Positions 1 to 10,931 of a stretch of 64,000 nucleotides of DNA are shown piece after piece. The stretch spans positions 224,001 through 288,000 of the forward strand of contig CAVZJB010000003.1 of the NCBI GenBank assembly GCA_963775425.1, in the 5' to 3' direction. The notes beneath the pieces were generated by a model. That model had not been told where the DNA came from and searched no databases. It saw only the letters and a list, made by a program, of their open reading frames with translations. The position numbers and the translations under genes are program-made. The stretch's first letter is position 1. Each line of letters begins with the position of its first letter. Origin of the DNA: an uncultured delta proteobacterium. GTDB lineage: Bacteria > Myxococcota > UBA727 > VGSZ01.

Positions 1-1248
<1,248 letters not shown>

Positions 1249-1267
1249 GGCGGTCCACGCTGGCGCC

Positions 1268-1444
1268 ATGGCACCGAAAACACCTCCCGCCGCCCAAAAG
1301 AGCGACCGCGACGTCTTCTTCGCCGCCCTCAAGCTCTACGACCGTCCCGAGAACGAGCTGCGCCAGCGCCCGCTCGACGACGACGTCGACGTCGACGCCT
1401 TCATCGACGCGGCCTTCGGCAACATCACGCTCCCGCCCGTTTGA
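1268..1444 (+). CDS. Small hypothetical protein
   Basis: 58-codon ORF MAPKTPPAAQ... with GC3-biased codons filling the gap between two genes. Confidence 0.55.
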   Translation: MAPKTPPAAQKSDRDVFFAALKLYDRPENELRQRPLDDDVDVDAFIDAAFGNITLPPV

Positions 1445-1450
1445 CGACGC

Positions 1451-2089
1451 TCACGGCAACGGGGTGATGACGAGGTCGTCGTACTGGACCTCGCTCTCCC
1501 ACGACGTGAACGCGAGCTTGTCGTTGTGCGGGCCGTAGAGCGGCTCGGGGTCGTCGTAGGCGAGGACACGCTCGCCGTCGATGTACAGCTCGAGCGTGTG
1601 CCCGTCGGTGCGCTGCACGGTCCAGTGATAGACGCGGTTTTGCTCCCAGTGCCGCCGGAGCTCCTTGCGGCCCCGCTGGTGCTCGTCCAGGCGCGCGATG
1701 GTCGTGATGGTGTCGTGCCAACCGCCGAGGATGACGATGTAGCCGGACTGGTGCCGGATGCCGTCGCCGAAGATCTCGATCTTGGTGTCGACGGCGGGGG
1801 AGTGCGAGATGGTGGTGAATTCCACCCGCGTGTTCTTCGCCAGGGGAACGTCGAGCCACAGCGGCAGGTTGTGGTCCCCGAGGGTGGACAGCTTGCCGTC
1901 GAGGACGCGCCACGAGCCGCCGGACTTCAGGTAGCGCGCGCCGAGCTCGCCGCGTTCGAAGTCGTCGTGGAAGGGCGCCGCCGGCGGCACCTTGTCGTGA
2001 CACGCGGCGAGCAGCCCGGCGCAGGCGAGCGCGATCACCGACCGGAGGGAGCGGCCGCGATTGATCGGGGTGAAGGCGCGCCGGCTCAC
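1451..2089 (-). CDS. Putative lipoprotein, beta-sandwich (concanavalin-like) domain
   Basis: GTG start overlaps the GNAT stop. Lipobox LLAAC, FHDDFER start motif, ends YDDLVITPLP. Confidence 0.7.
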   Translation of the reverse strand: MSRRAFTPINRGRSLRSVIALACAGLLAACHDKVPPAAPFHDDFERGELGARYLKSGGSWRVLDGKLSTLGDHNLPLWLDVPLAKNTRVEFTTISHSPAVDTKIEIFGDGIRHQSGYIVILGGWHDTITTIARLDEHQRGRKELRRHWEQNRVYHWTVQRTDGHTLELYIDGERVLAYDDPEPLYGPHNDKLAFTSWESEVQYDDLVITPLP

Positions 2090-2625
2090 GCGAGCACCTC
2101 GGAGACCGCCTTCAACCTCGCCGTGGGCTCCGCGGCCGACGACAGCCGCAGGGTCCAAAAGCCGACGTCGTGGAAGCGGCCGAGCTTGAAGCCCACCTCG
2201 GCGAAGGTGCCGACGAACGAGAAGCCGAGGCCCTCGTGCAAGCGCACCGAGGCCTCGTTCGGCAGCGCGATGCCGGCGACGAGCACGTGGAACCCCTGCG
2301 CGCGGCAGACGTCGAACAGGCGCTCGTAGAGGGCGCGGGCCACGCCTTTGCGCTGGTGCTGTTCGTCGACGTAGACGCCGATCTCAGCGGTCCACGCGTA
2401 CGCGGCGCGCGAGCGAAACGGCATCGCCTTGGCGAAGCCCGCGATGCCCGGGTCACCCTCGGCGACGAGGTAGGCGTAGCGCTCGCGTGTCTGTTCCCAC
2501 TCCGCGCGCAGGGAGTCGCCCGTGAGGGGCGCGGTGGCGAAGTGGATGGCGGTGCGCGCGATGTAGCCGTTGGTGAGCGCTGCGATGCGGTCGAAGTCAC
2601 CGGCGTCGACGCTGCGCACCCGCAT
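2086..2625 (-). CDS. GNAT N-acetyltransferase, phosphinothricin/methionine-sulfoximine acetyltransferase-like
   Basis: FRSRAAYAWTAEIGVYV, QRKGVA acetyl-CoA motif, GIALPNEASVRLHEGLGF, GFKLGRFHDVG. Confidence 0.9.
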   Translation of the reverse strand: MRVRSVDAGDFDRIAALTNGYIARTAIHFATAPLTGDSLRAEWEQTRERYAYLVAEGDPGIAGFAKAMPFRSRAAYAWTAEIGVYVDEQHQRKGVARALYERLFDVCRAQGFHVLVAGIALPNEASVRLHEGLGFSFVGTFAEVGFKLGRFHDVGFWTLRLSSAAEPTARLKAVSEVLA

Positions 2626-2664
2626 GCGCCAGTGCTAGCGCGTGGGGCGCGCGCTGTCATGCCG

Positions 2665-4002
2665 TCAGGGCGCGCAGGCGTCCGCGAGGCAGGAGAAAGC
2701 GCCGGTGCCGCCGTGCGCGGCGCAGCGCGGCGCGCACGACTGCTGCGCCGAGCCGTCGCATGTCGCCGTGCAGAACGACGCGTCCGTGCCGTCGGCGCAC
2801 CCGCAGCGGGCGGCGGCGTCGCCGCGGGGTGCTGTGCCCTCGACGCAGCCGTCGTCGGACGGCAGGCAGCGCGCGCGCACGAGGTTGGCTCCCTCGCAGA
2901 GCTGGAGGCACGTCGCGTGGAACGTGGCGACGTCGTCGCAGGCGAGGTCGCTGCAGACGGCCACCGTCCCGGTGTCCTCGCAGTCGCACACGAGGGCGTT
3001 CACCCCGTGCGCGACGGCGCACGCGGGCGCGTCGTGCCGGCAGCGGACCGAAGCGCCGCCGCCGTGCCCGGCGCAGGCCTGCACGCAGTCGTCGCCGCAG
3101 CCGACGGTGCACGCGTCGACGACGGCGCCGTCGTCGCAGACGCACGCGACCGCGTCGTTCCCCGAGGGGAGGCCCGCGCGGGCGCAGCCCTCGTCGGCGG
3201 CGCAGCTCGCGACCGCGCCGGGGGCGCCGCAGGCGTGGTCGCAGGCGGTCTGCGCGAGCGCGGGGTCCTCGCCGCAGTCGCGGCCGGTGCAGGTGGCGAC
3301 GTCGATGCCGCCGGGGCAGCCGCAGACGACGGCGTTGTCGCCGGCGGCCCCGAAGGCGCAGGCGAGATCGGTCTCGACGCACGCCTCGACGCCGGAGCTC
3401 GTGCCGCGGCAGGCGCGCGCGCAGACGGCGCCGGCGTCGTGCGCGCCGCCGCCACAGACGTCGGCGGTGCAGACGTCGACGAGGGAGCCGTCGCCGCAGC
3501 GGCACGACGTCTTGTCCGGGCCCGTGGGGACGTCGAACGACGCGCAGCCGGGATCGTGGGGCAGGCAGGTGGGCGCGGCGCCGTCGCCGCAGGCGGCGCG
3601 GCAGACGGCGTCGACGGTCGCGGCGTCGTCGTCGCAGTCGAGCTCCGCGCAGGCGCCGCCGCAGCCGCAGACGACGCCCGTGTCGCCGCCGACGGCGGCG
3701 CCGAGCACGCAGCCGACGTCGGCGCCGGCGCAGCGGCCCTCGACGGCGCCGCCGTGCTCGGCGCACGGCGCATCGCAGTCGAGGTGCGCGGGGCAGGCCT
3801 CGAAGCAGGACGACGACGACGTCCCGTCGGCGCATGTGCAGAGCGCCCGCACGCCCCGGGTGAGATCGAGCGCGGGCGTCGCCGGCGCGGCCGCCGGGTG
3901 CGGCTGCGCCTGTGGGCAAGCGGCGCCCGCGCAGAGGGCGAGGAGCGCGACGACGTCGAGGCGGGCGCGCGAGGGCTGACTGTGCGGCGTCGCGCGCGTC
4001 AC
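2665..4002 (-). CDS. Secreted Cys-rich repeat (lipo)protein
   Basis: GTG start overlaps upstream stop. Signal/lipobox LCAGAAC, about six CxCxDG...C...C...C...HGG-type repeats. Confidence 0.75.
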   Translation of the reverse strand: MTRATPHSQPSRARLDVVALLALCAGAACPQAQPHPAAAPATPALDLTRGVRALCTCADGTSSSSCFEACPAHLDCDAPCAEHGGAVEGRCAGADVGCVLGAAVGGDTGVVCGCGGACAELDCDDDAATVDAVCRAACGDGAAPTCLPHDPGCASFDVPTGPDKTSCRCGDGSLVDVCTADVCGGGAHDAGAVCARACRGTSSGVEACVETDLACAFGAAGDNAVVCGCPGGIDVATCTGRDCGEDPALAQTACDHACGAPGAVASCAADEGCARAGLPSGNDAVACVCDDGAVVDACTVGCGDDCVQACAGHGGGASVRCRHDAPACAVAHGVNALVCDCEDTGTVAVCSDLACDDVATFHATCLQLCEGANLVRARCLPSDDGCVEGTAPRGDAAARCGCADGTDASFCTATCDGSAQQSCAPRCAAHGGTGAFSCLADACAP

Positions 4003-6266
4003 GGCGGGCCCAACGGCTTCTTCGGGAGGTCGACGCTGTAGACGACGAGGTCGGCGGGGCTCTGCGCGGACACGAGCAGGCGCCCGTCGGCGCTCATCGC
4101 CAAAGGCGCACCGCCGAGGACGCCGCCGGGGGCGAGCGCGCCCTGCGCGCGCCACAGGAAGCGCGTGGTGGACGACGCGTCCTGGATGGCCACGACGTCG
4201 CCCTCGAGGGAGAACACCGCGCGCAGCGCATGCTCGACGCCGACCTTGGGTCCCACGGTCATCTTGGCGGCCGCGACGTCGACGGACACCGGCGTGCAGT
4301 CGACGGCGGTGCACAGGAGCGCCGCGCTCGCGTCGGGCGCGGCGGCGAGGGTCATGACGTTCGTGACGGCGGTGTCGACGCTCGCGCGCAGGGCGCCCGT
4401 CGTCGCGTCGAACAGCTCGAGCGTGCCTCCGCCGGCCGCCGTGAGCACCGACGCGGGCGCGCCGCCGATCGCGAGGAGGTCGCCCGTGATCTTCGAGGCC
4501 GGCGCGGCGTCACCGGCGGGGACCGGCGCGCCGGCCCCGGCGCCGGCGTCGGCGTCGGCGGCGGCGGCGGACGCGGCGGTGCCCCCGTCTGTCACGCCGG
4601 CGCCTCCCGCTCGATCGTCGGCGAGCGCGGCTCCCGCGTCCGCGGCGCCGGCGTTCGCGGCACCGGCGGCCGTGTCGACGGGCGCACCGGGGCGGCGCAC
4701 CGCGACGCCGCCGCCCTCGACGCTGTAGGCGAGGAGCGAGCCGTCCTCGTTGAGCGCGAGGGCGCCGTCGTAGCGCAGCCCGGGGAAGCTCTCGATCACC
4801 GCCCCGGACGAGGTGTCGAGCACGCGCACCGAGCACGCGCCCGCGTCGAACGGCTTCTTGCGCTCGTCGAAGGTGCCGACCGCGAGGCGGCGCCCATCCT
4901 TGGAGAACACCGGGGCCCGATGCACCGCGAGCGTTGCGGAGCGCAGGGGCGTCGTCGACACGAGCCGGGCGTTCGCGCGTTTGCGGCGCACCAGCGCTTC
5001 GGCCGACGCCACCGACAGCGTCTCGCCGTCGGCGTCGAAGGCGGCGGCGAGCGGCCGATCGATCTGATCGTGAGCCGACGCGAACGACACCACCCGATCG
5101 CCCTCGAGCGGACCCTTGTAGTCCGCGCCGTACGGCGGCGACGCCGGCGGCTGCGCGCACGACGGCGGCTCCTCACCGGGCGGCGCGCCTTGCAGGTCGC
5201 CGGGCGCGGGCTTCGGCGGCGGCCAATTGGCGCCGTCGGGACGCATGTCGTCGAGCTCCTTCTTGAACTTCGGATCGTAGTCGCCGAGCACGCGATCGAG
5301 CGCGCGGCCGAGCACCGGCGCGCTGCCGTCGTCGAAGCGGCGCAGCCAGAAGCCGACGTCGAGGGGATCGAACCTGTTGCGGCACAGCCCGGCGTCGCGG
5401 TCGAGGTCGAGGGCCGCGCTGACGTCGCGGTAGAAGGTGCGGCGGTCGGCGGGGTCGCCGGAGAAGTCGTCGGTGAAGAACGTGGCGGCGCGGCCCGGGT
5501 GCGCGCCCGGGCCCATGCCCTTGTCGGCGAGCTCCTGGATGGCCGGCCGCTTGTCGTCGAGGACGCGGAACAAGCGCGCCTGCGCGCGCACGAAGGGACG
5601 AAACACAGTGTACACCGCGCGCGCGGTGCTCCCGAGGAGCGGCGCGTCGGGCGCGACGTAGGCGCCGTCGATGAGCTCTTGCAGCGCGCTCGGGTCGACC
5701 CTGTGCAGGTCGCCGTCGTAGACGACGGCGCCGATGGCGGCCTTGAGCTCCTTGTCGATGTCGGGGGCGAAGACGCCCACGCGCCCGCGCGCCATCCACG
5801 CGGAGTCGCGGTAGCGCCCGCGGGTCACCATGCGGACGTCGCCGGCGCGCAACGAGACCGGCGCGAGCGGCTCGGGGTCGGGGTAGCGCAGTTGCGGCTC
5901 CGCGGTGGAGGCGAGCGCGAAGAGGATGGTCTCCGCCGCCGGCGCGACCTTGTCGTGCAGCGCCTTTTGCTCGGCGGCGGCCTCGCCGCGGGCCTGCTGC
6001 TCGAGCAAGCCGTTGAGCGTCACCTGGGCTTCTTCGCCGTGTGGGTTCCCGAGCGGATCGTCCATCGGGTACTTCTTGAGGAAGGCCTCAAGCGCCTCGA
6101 CGTCGTCGTCCTCGCCGGGCGTCTTGAGGGCGCCGTCCGCCACGGTCCGCCACGCCGCTTCGAGCTCCTCGAGGTGCTTGGTCTTCTTGGACTTGCACGC
6201 CGCGAGGGCGAGGGCGGCGGCGACGACGACGGTGAGCAGGCGCGCGCGGGAGCGGAGGCGGGTCAT
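3999..6266 (-). CDS. Hypothetical lipoprotein with C-terminal WD40/beta-propeller-like region
   Basis: Lipobox LALAAC. Repeated propeller-like segments AFDADG, VFSKDGRRLA, LNEDGSLLA, MSADGRLL. Confidence 0.7.
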   Translation of the reverse strand: MTRLRSRARLLTVVVAAALALAACKSKKTKHLEELEAAWRTVADGALKTPGEDDDVEALEAFLKKYPMDDPLGNPHGEEAQVTLNGLLEQQARGEAAAEQKALHDKVAPAAETILFALASTAEPQLRYPDPEPLAPVSLRAGDVRMVTRGRYRDSAWMARGRVGVFAPDIDKELKAAIGAVVYDGDLHRVDPSALQELIDGAYVAPDAPLLGSTARAVYTVFRPFVRAQARLFRVLDDKRPAIQELADKGMGPGAHPGRAATFFTDDFSGDPADRRTFYRDVSAALDLDRDAGLCRNRFDPLDVGFWLRRFDDGSAPVLGRALDRVLGDYDPKFKKELDDMRPDGANWPPPKPAPGDLQGAPPGEEPPSCAQPPASPPYGADYKGPLEGDRVVSFASAHDQIDRPLAAAFDADGETLSVASAEALVRRKRANARLVSTTPLRSATLAVHRAPVFSKDGRRLAVGTFDERKKPFDAGACSVRVLDTSSGAVIESFPGLRYDGALALNEDGSLLAYSVEGGGVAVRRPGAPVDTAAGAANAGAADAGAALADDRAGGAGVTDGGTAASAAAADADAGAGAGAPVPAGDAAPASKITGDLLAIGGAPASVLTAAGGGTLELFDATTGALRASVDTAVTNVMTLAAAPDASAALLCTAVDCTPVSVDVAAAKMTVGPKVGVEHALRAVFSLEGDVVAIQDASSTTRFLWRAQGALAPGGVLGGAPLAMSADGRLLVSAQSPADLVVYSVDLPKKPLGPP

Positions 6267-6355
6267 CGGGCAAGCGTATGGCCGCGCGCGGATCGGGAGC
6301 AACGCACTGTCGTCGAGGATTGACACCGCGGCGCCCGTGTTCCACGCACGGCGTC

Positions 6356-7231
6356 GTGCCCGACGGACCGCGCACCATCCGTGAGTTGTTGGCGGCCACC
6401 CGGCCGTGGCTCGAGAACAAGGGCGTGGACAGCCCGCGGCTCGACGCGGAGATCCTCGTGGCGCACGGCCTCGGCCTGCGGCGCCTCGACCTCTTCCTCG
6501 ACCTCGACAAGCCGCTGAGCGACGACGAGATCGCCCGCTGCCGCGCGCTGGTGGTGCGCCGCGGGCAGCGCGAGCCGACGGCGCAGATCATCGGCGAGCG
6601 GGAGTTCTACGGCCTCGCGTTCAAGGTGACGCCGGACGTGCTGGTGCCGCGGCCGGAGACGGAGCACCTCGTGGAGCTGGCGCTGGCGCGCACGGCTCCG
6701 GCGGGCGGCGGTGACGCCGTCTTCGTGGACGCGTGCACCGGCAGCGGCTGCGTCGCCGTCGCCGTCCTCAAGCACCGCCCGCTGTTGCGCGCCGTCGCCA
6801 CGGACCTCTCCGCGGCCGCCCTCGCGGTGGCGCGCGACAACGCCGAGCGACACGGCGTGGACGATCGGCTCGAGCTGCGCGAGGGCGATCTGCTCGCGCC
6901 GTGCGTGGACCTGAGGGGCGTGGCGTTCGTCGTCGCGAACCCGCCGTATGTGCGCCTCGACGAAAAGGGCGCGCTCGCGCCCGAGGTGCGCGATCACGAG
7001 CCCGCGCTCGCGCTGTTCGGTGAGGACGCCGACGGCCTCGGCCACCATCGGCGCATCCTCCGCCAGGCCGGCCCGCTGCTGCGCGACGACGGCTTCGTCG
7101 CCCTCGAGATCGGCGCGGGGCAGGGCGAAGCGTGCCGCGCGCTCGGCGCGACGATCGACAGGGACCTCGCCGGGCTCGACCGCGTCGCCGTGTGGGCGCG
7201 CGGGGCTCTGCCGACGCTCTCTGCGGCGTGA
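6356..7231 (+). CDS. prmC: Release factor glutamine N5-methyltransferase PrmC/HemK
   Basis: PRLDAEILVAH, REPTAQIIGEREFYG, VLVPRPETE, DACTGSGCVA, ANPPY. Confidence 0.95.
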   Translation: MPDGPRTIRELLAATRPWLENKGVDSPRLDAEILVAHGLGLRRLDLFLDLDKPLSDDEIARCRALVVRRGQREPTAQIIGEREFYGLAFKVTPDVLVPRPETEHLVELALARTAPAGGGDAVFVDACTGSGCVAVAVLKHRPLLRAVATDLSAAALAVARDNAERHGVDDRLELREGDLLAPCVDLRGVAFVVANPPYVRLDEKGALAPEVRDHEPALALFGEDADGLGHHRRILRQAGPLLRDDGFVALEIGAGQGEACRALGATIDRDLAGLDRVAVWARGALPTLSAA

Positions 7232-7358
7232 CGCACCCGGCGCCCGACGGCGTGGACGACGACGCCCGGTCGGAACGACGGAAGCGTTCGGCGCTGCGCC
7301 GCCGTGTACGGAGAGGAACCGATGGTCGCGGCCTGCGCGTGGGGCACGGTGCGCCGCG

Positions 7359-8576
7359 ATGCGTACGACAGCCCTCGCTTCGCTCCTGTTCAGCGCGCTC
7401 GTCAGCGCGCTCGCGTTCGCCTGCGCACCCACGCACAGCGCCCCGCCCCCCGGGGAGGCGGGCACCGGGGGCGAAGGCGAAGGCGACGGCGGCGGGGAAG
7501 GCGGCGGTGAAGGCGGTGAAGGCGAAGGTGGCGGCGGCGGTGGCGGCGAAGGCGGTGGCGGCGAAGGCGAAGGCGAAGGCGGTGGCGGTGGCGGCGAAAG
7601 CGAAGGCGAAGGCGAAGGCGGCGGCGGCGAAGGCGAAGGCGAAGGCGGCGGTGGCGAAGGCGAAGGCGAAGGTGGCGAAGGCGAAGGCGAAGGCGGTGGC
7701 GGTGGCGGTGGCGAGGGCGACGGCGGCGCGTGCGCGCCGGGAGCCGTCGACGGCTGCACCCTGCGCGTCGACGGCGACTACGACTGCACAATGACGTTCG
7801 ACGGGCTCGATCGCACCTGGCTGATGCACGTCCCCCCGGGCGTCGGCGGGCGCGTGCCGCTCGTGTTCTCCTTCCACGGCCTGCGCACCACCGCGGCGCT
7901 CCAGCGCTACATCAGCGAGATGGACCCGGCCGCCGACGCGCACGGCTACGTCGTCGTCTACCCCGAGGGCACGGGCCCGTCCCTCGACGAGAGCTGGAAC
8001 GCGGGCAACTGCTGTGAGTCCGCCGCGCAAAACGACGTCGACGACGTCGGCTTCACCCTCGCCATCCTCGACCGCCTGCGCGCGCCCTTGTGCGTCGACG
8101 CGCGCCGCGTCTACGCCGCCGGCCTCTCCAACGGCGGCCACATGGTCTACCGCCTCGCCTGCGAAGCGGCCGACACCTTCGCCGCCGTCGCCTCCGTCGC
8201 CGGCGTGGAGACCACGTTCCCGTGCACGCCGAGCCGGCCAATCTCGCTGTTGCACATCCACGGCGACGCCAATCCCGTCGTCAACTACACCTTCGGCATC
8301 GACGGCATCCACGGCGCCCATCGCTCCGTCAGCGACTTCGCGGGCTTCGACGGCTGCGGCGAGAGCACCTCGGTGGTCTACCAAAACGGCGTGGTCACCT
8401 GCACCACGCGCGCGGGCTGCGCCGGCGGCACCGACGTCGAGCTGTGCACCGTCGCGGGCGGCGGGCACCAGTGGCCCGGCGGCCACGACCTGCCCTCCAC
8501 CTTCGGCGACAACACCACCGACCTCGACGCCACCGAGCACATCTCCAACTTCTTCCTCGCCCACGCCTTGCCCTGA
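7359..8576 (+). CDS. PHB-depolymerase/LpqC-type alpha/beta esterase lipoprotein with Gly/Glu linker
   Basis: Lipobox LAFAC, (G/E)n tract, WNAGNCC, GLSNGG nucleophile elbow, HGDAN, GGHQWPG. Confidence 0.88.
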   Translation: MRTTALASLLFSALVSALAFACAPTHSAPPPGEAGTGGEGEGDGGGEGGGEGGEGEGGGGGGGEGGGGEGEGEGGGGGGESEGEGEGGGGEGEGEGGGGEGEGEGGEGEGEGGGGGGGEGDGGACAPGAVDGCTLRVDGDYDCTMTFDGLDRTWLMHVPPGVGGRVPLVFSFHGLRTTAALQRYISEMDPAADAHGYVVVYPEGTGPSLDESWNAGNCCESAAQNDVDDVGFTLAILDRLRAPLCVDARRVYAAGLSNGGHMVYRLACEAADTFAAVASVAGVETTFPCTPSRPISLLHIHGDANPVVNYTFGIDGIHGAHRSVSDFAGFDGCGESTSVVYQNGVVTCTTRAGCAGGTDVELCTVAGGGHQWPGGHDLPSTFGDNTTDLDATEHISNFFLAHALP

Positions 8577-8582
8577 GCGGCG

Positions 8583-9239
8583 CTACGCGACCGGGAGCAC
8601 CGTCTCGACGGAGCCCTCGAGCAGCCTCTGCACCTCGTCATCGTCGAGCCGGCGGAAGTCGTCGTAGTGGGCGCCGACGCTGCCGAGGAAGCCGAGCGGC
8701 CCGAGGCAGACGACGCCGTCGCACTCCTGCTCGATGCGCCGCATGACGTCGGTCGCGCCGACCGGCGTCGCAAAGATGACGCGCGCGGCGCCGCGACGCC
8801 TGATGTCGCGGACGGCGCAGCGCGCGGTGACGCCGTTTGCGACGCCGTCATCGACGACGATCACCGTGCGCCCCTCGAGGCGCGGCCGGGGGCGGCCGCC
8901 GCGCAGCCGCGCCACGCCGGCGGCCACCTCGGCTTGCCGCGCCGACACGGCGCGCTCGATGTCGTCGTCGGAGGCGCCGGCGGCGTGCGCGAGCACGCGA
9001 TCCACGAGCACCTCGCCACCCTCCCCGACGGCGCCGACGCCGAGCTCGCCCGACAGCGGGGAGCCCACCTTGCGCACCACCCAGACGTCGAGGGGAGCGC
9101 CCAGGCGCATGGCCACCGGCGCGGCGACGGCGACGCCGCCGCGGGGAAGCGCGAGCACCAGCGGGTCGCGCGCGGGGAGCTGGGCGACGACGGCGGCGAG
9201 CCGCATGCCGGCGTCCTGGCGATCGGCGAAGATGATCAC
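8583..9239 (-). CDS. Type I phosphoribosyltransferase family protein
   Basis: FADRQDAG, LALPRGGV, VRKVG, PRPP-binding VIVVDDGVANG. Confidence 0.88.
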   Translation of the reverse strand: MIIFADRQDAGMRLAAVVAQLPARDPLVLALPRGGVAVAAPVAMRLGAPLDVWVVRKVGSPLSGELGVGAVGEGGEVLVDRVLAHAAGASDDDIERAVSARQAEVAAGVARLRGGRPRPRLEGRTVIVVDDGVANGVTARCAVRDIRRRGAARVIFATPVGATDVMRRIEQECDGVVCLGPLGFLGSVGAHYDDFRRLDDDEVQRLLEGSVETVLPVA

Positions 9240-9415
9240 GACGAGCCTCCGAGCCGCACCGGAGAATGCGCGGGGCAGGCCAACGGACGACCCCGCACAA
9301 GGACGCGCGCCGGCCCACGGCGAGGCCCGGCACCGTGTGCGACCGCACGCATCGAACTGTGCAGCCGCGCGCGTCGCTTGAGGCCGCGGCGTCCTTTGCG
9401 TGAGACTCACATCCA

Positions 9416-10060
9416 TTGACGGCCCTCGTCCTCGACTACGCGCTCGCGCGCCCCCGCCGCCTCCTCGCAGCCCTCGCCGTCGCCGGCATCGACGCTCGCC
9501 TCTCCGAGACCCCTCTCATGGCCAAGAGCGCGGACCTGCTCATCGTCCCCGACGGCGACGACGCCGATGACGCCCTCGCCCGCGGCATCTCCAGCGGCGT
9601 CCTCGACGCCATCGCCGGCCACGTCGACCAGAAGAAGCCGCTTTTGTGCGTCGGCCTCGGCCTGCATTTCCTCCTCGAGGGGCGCACGCACCCGCAGATG
9701 CCGGCGGGGCTCGGCGTGTTCCGCGCGCAGGTGCAGCGCTTCAATCCGCGGCTCACCGACGAGGCCGAGCGGCCGCTCCTGTCGCCGCACGCGGGGCCTT
9801 CGCTCGTCGTCGGCCTCGACCGGCACCCGTTCTTGAACGTGCTCGTCGGCAAGGGCGAGCACGGCGTGTGGATGACCTTTCGCCATCGCCTGTGCGCGCC
9901 GTCCCGGGTGCCGCAGGCCGACGTCGCCGTCGGCCACCATGGGGTCCCGTTTGCCGGCGCCATCTGGCGCGACAACATCCTGGCCGTGCAGTTCCTGCCC
10001 GAGCACTCCGGCAAGGCCGGCGTCGATCTGTTGCGCTTGTGGCGCGAGGCGCACGCGTGA
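9416..10060 (+). CDS. HisH-like class I glutamine amidotransferase homologue, catalytically degenerate
   Basis: HisH layout (ADLLIVP, KPLLCVGLG, GLG, NILAVQFLPEHSG), but GICLG has become CVGLG and FHPE has become FLPE. Confidence 0.8.
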   Translation: MTALVLDYALARPRRLLAALAVAGIDARLSETPLMAKSADLLIVPDGDDADDALARGISSGVLDAIAGHVDQKKPLLCVGLGLHFLLEGRTHPQMPAGLGVFRAQVQRFNPRLTDEAERPLLSPHAGPSLVVGLDRHPFLNVLVGKGEHGVWMTFRHRLCAPSRVPQADVAVGHHGVPFAGAIWRDNILAVQFLPEHSGKAGVDLLRLWREAHA

Positions 10061-10845
10061 CGCTGGCGCGACGCCTGTGCGCCCTGGTCCCCTGCGACGA
10101 CGGCGGCAAACCCAAACGGCGCTTCGACAAGGGCGGCCTCGAGGTCGACTTCGTCGAGGCCATCGCCCACCACCTCGCCAACGACGGCGCCGACGAGGTG
10201 TGGCTGCGCCTCGACCCCGCCGCGGGCAACGCCGGCGCCCGCGGGCCGAACGCGCTGTACGGCCCGCTCGCCGTCCTCGAGCGGCGCACCTTCGTCCCCG
10301 TGGTGGCGTGGGCGCACGCGCCGACGCCCGCGGACGCGCGGCTGCTGCTCGGCTTCGGCGCCGACCGCGTCGTCGTCGACGTCAACCTGGGCCTGCCCAA
10401 TCCGCTCGGCTTCGTGTCGCGCATCGTGCAGACCGCGGGGAGCGATCGCATCACCGCCGCCATCGCCGTGCGCCGCTTCGTCGGCGACAAGGGCGTGGTC
10501 TGGGAGCTCGTCGATCCGCAGGGGCAGGGCACGGGGCTCGACGCCATCGTGCTCGCCGAGCGGCTGCCGGCGGTGGGCGCGTGCGAGATCCTGCTCGTGC
10601 CGTCGGTGCAGGCGCCGCAGAGCGAGCGCTTCGTGCACGACGGCGAGCTCATCGAGCAGGTGTCGTCGCTGTCGAGCGTCCCCGTGCTCTCCGTCGGCGA
10701 CGACCGCGAGATCGCCGACCTCGCCGCGCCGCTGTTGATGGGCGCCGACGGCGTGGTGAGCGACCTGTTCTCGTCGGGCAAGCCCGCGATCACCACCGCC
10801 AAGCTCGCCCTCGCCGCGTATGGCCTCCCCCTGCGCCCGCCGTAA
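10057..10845 (+). CDS. HisF-like TIM-barrel homologue, catalytically degenerate
   Basis: GTGA overlap with the hisH-like gene. LARRL start, GADEVWL, GADRVVV, GACEILL, VPVL, GADGVV; catalytic Asp positions not conserved. Confidence 0.8.
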   Translation: MTLARRLCALVPCDDGGKPKRRFDKGGLEVDFVEAIAHHLANDGADEVWLRLDPAAGNAGARGPNALYGPLAVLERRTFVPVVAWAHAPTPADARLLLGFGADRVVVDVNLGLPNPLGFVSRIVQTAGSDRITAAIAVRRFVGDKGVVWELVDPQGQGTGLDAIVLAERLPAVGACEILLVPSVQAPQSERFVHDGELIEQVSSLSSVPVLSVGDDREIADLAAPLLMGADGVVSDLFSSGKPAITTAKLALAAYGLPLRPP

Positions 10846-10931
10846 GCTGAGCGCCGGCCGCCGTGGAGCCGCACGCGTGTTTCGGGCGCCGCCGATTTAC
10901 CGTCGAAGTTGACCGTGTTAGCGCGCCCGCC

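Noticed and set aside
9416-10845. Calling these genes functional hisH and hisF
   Set aside because: Catalytic motifs are substituted, so gene symbols were withheld.
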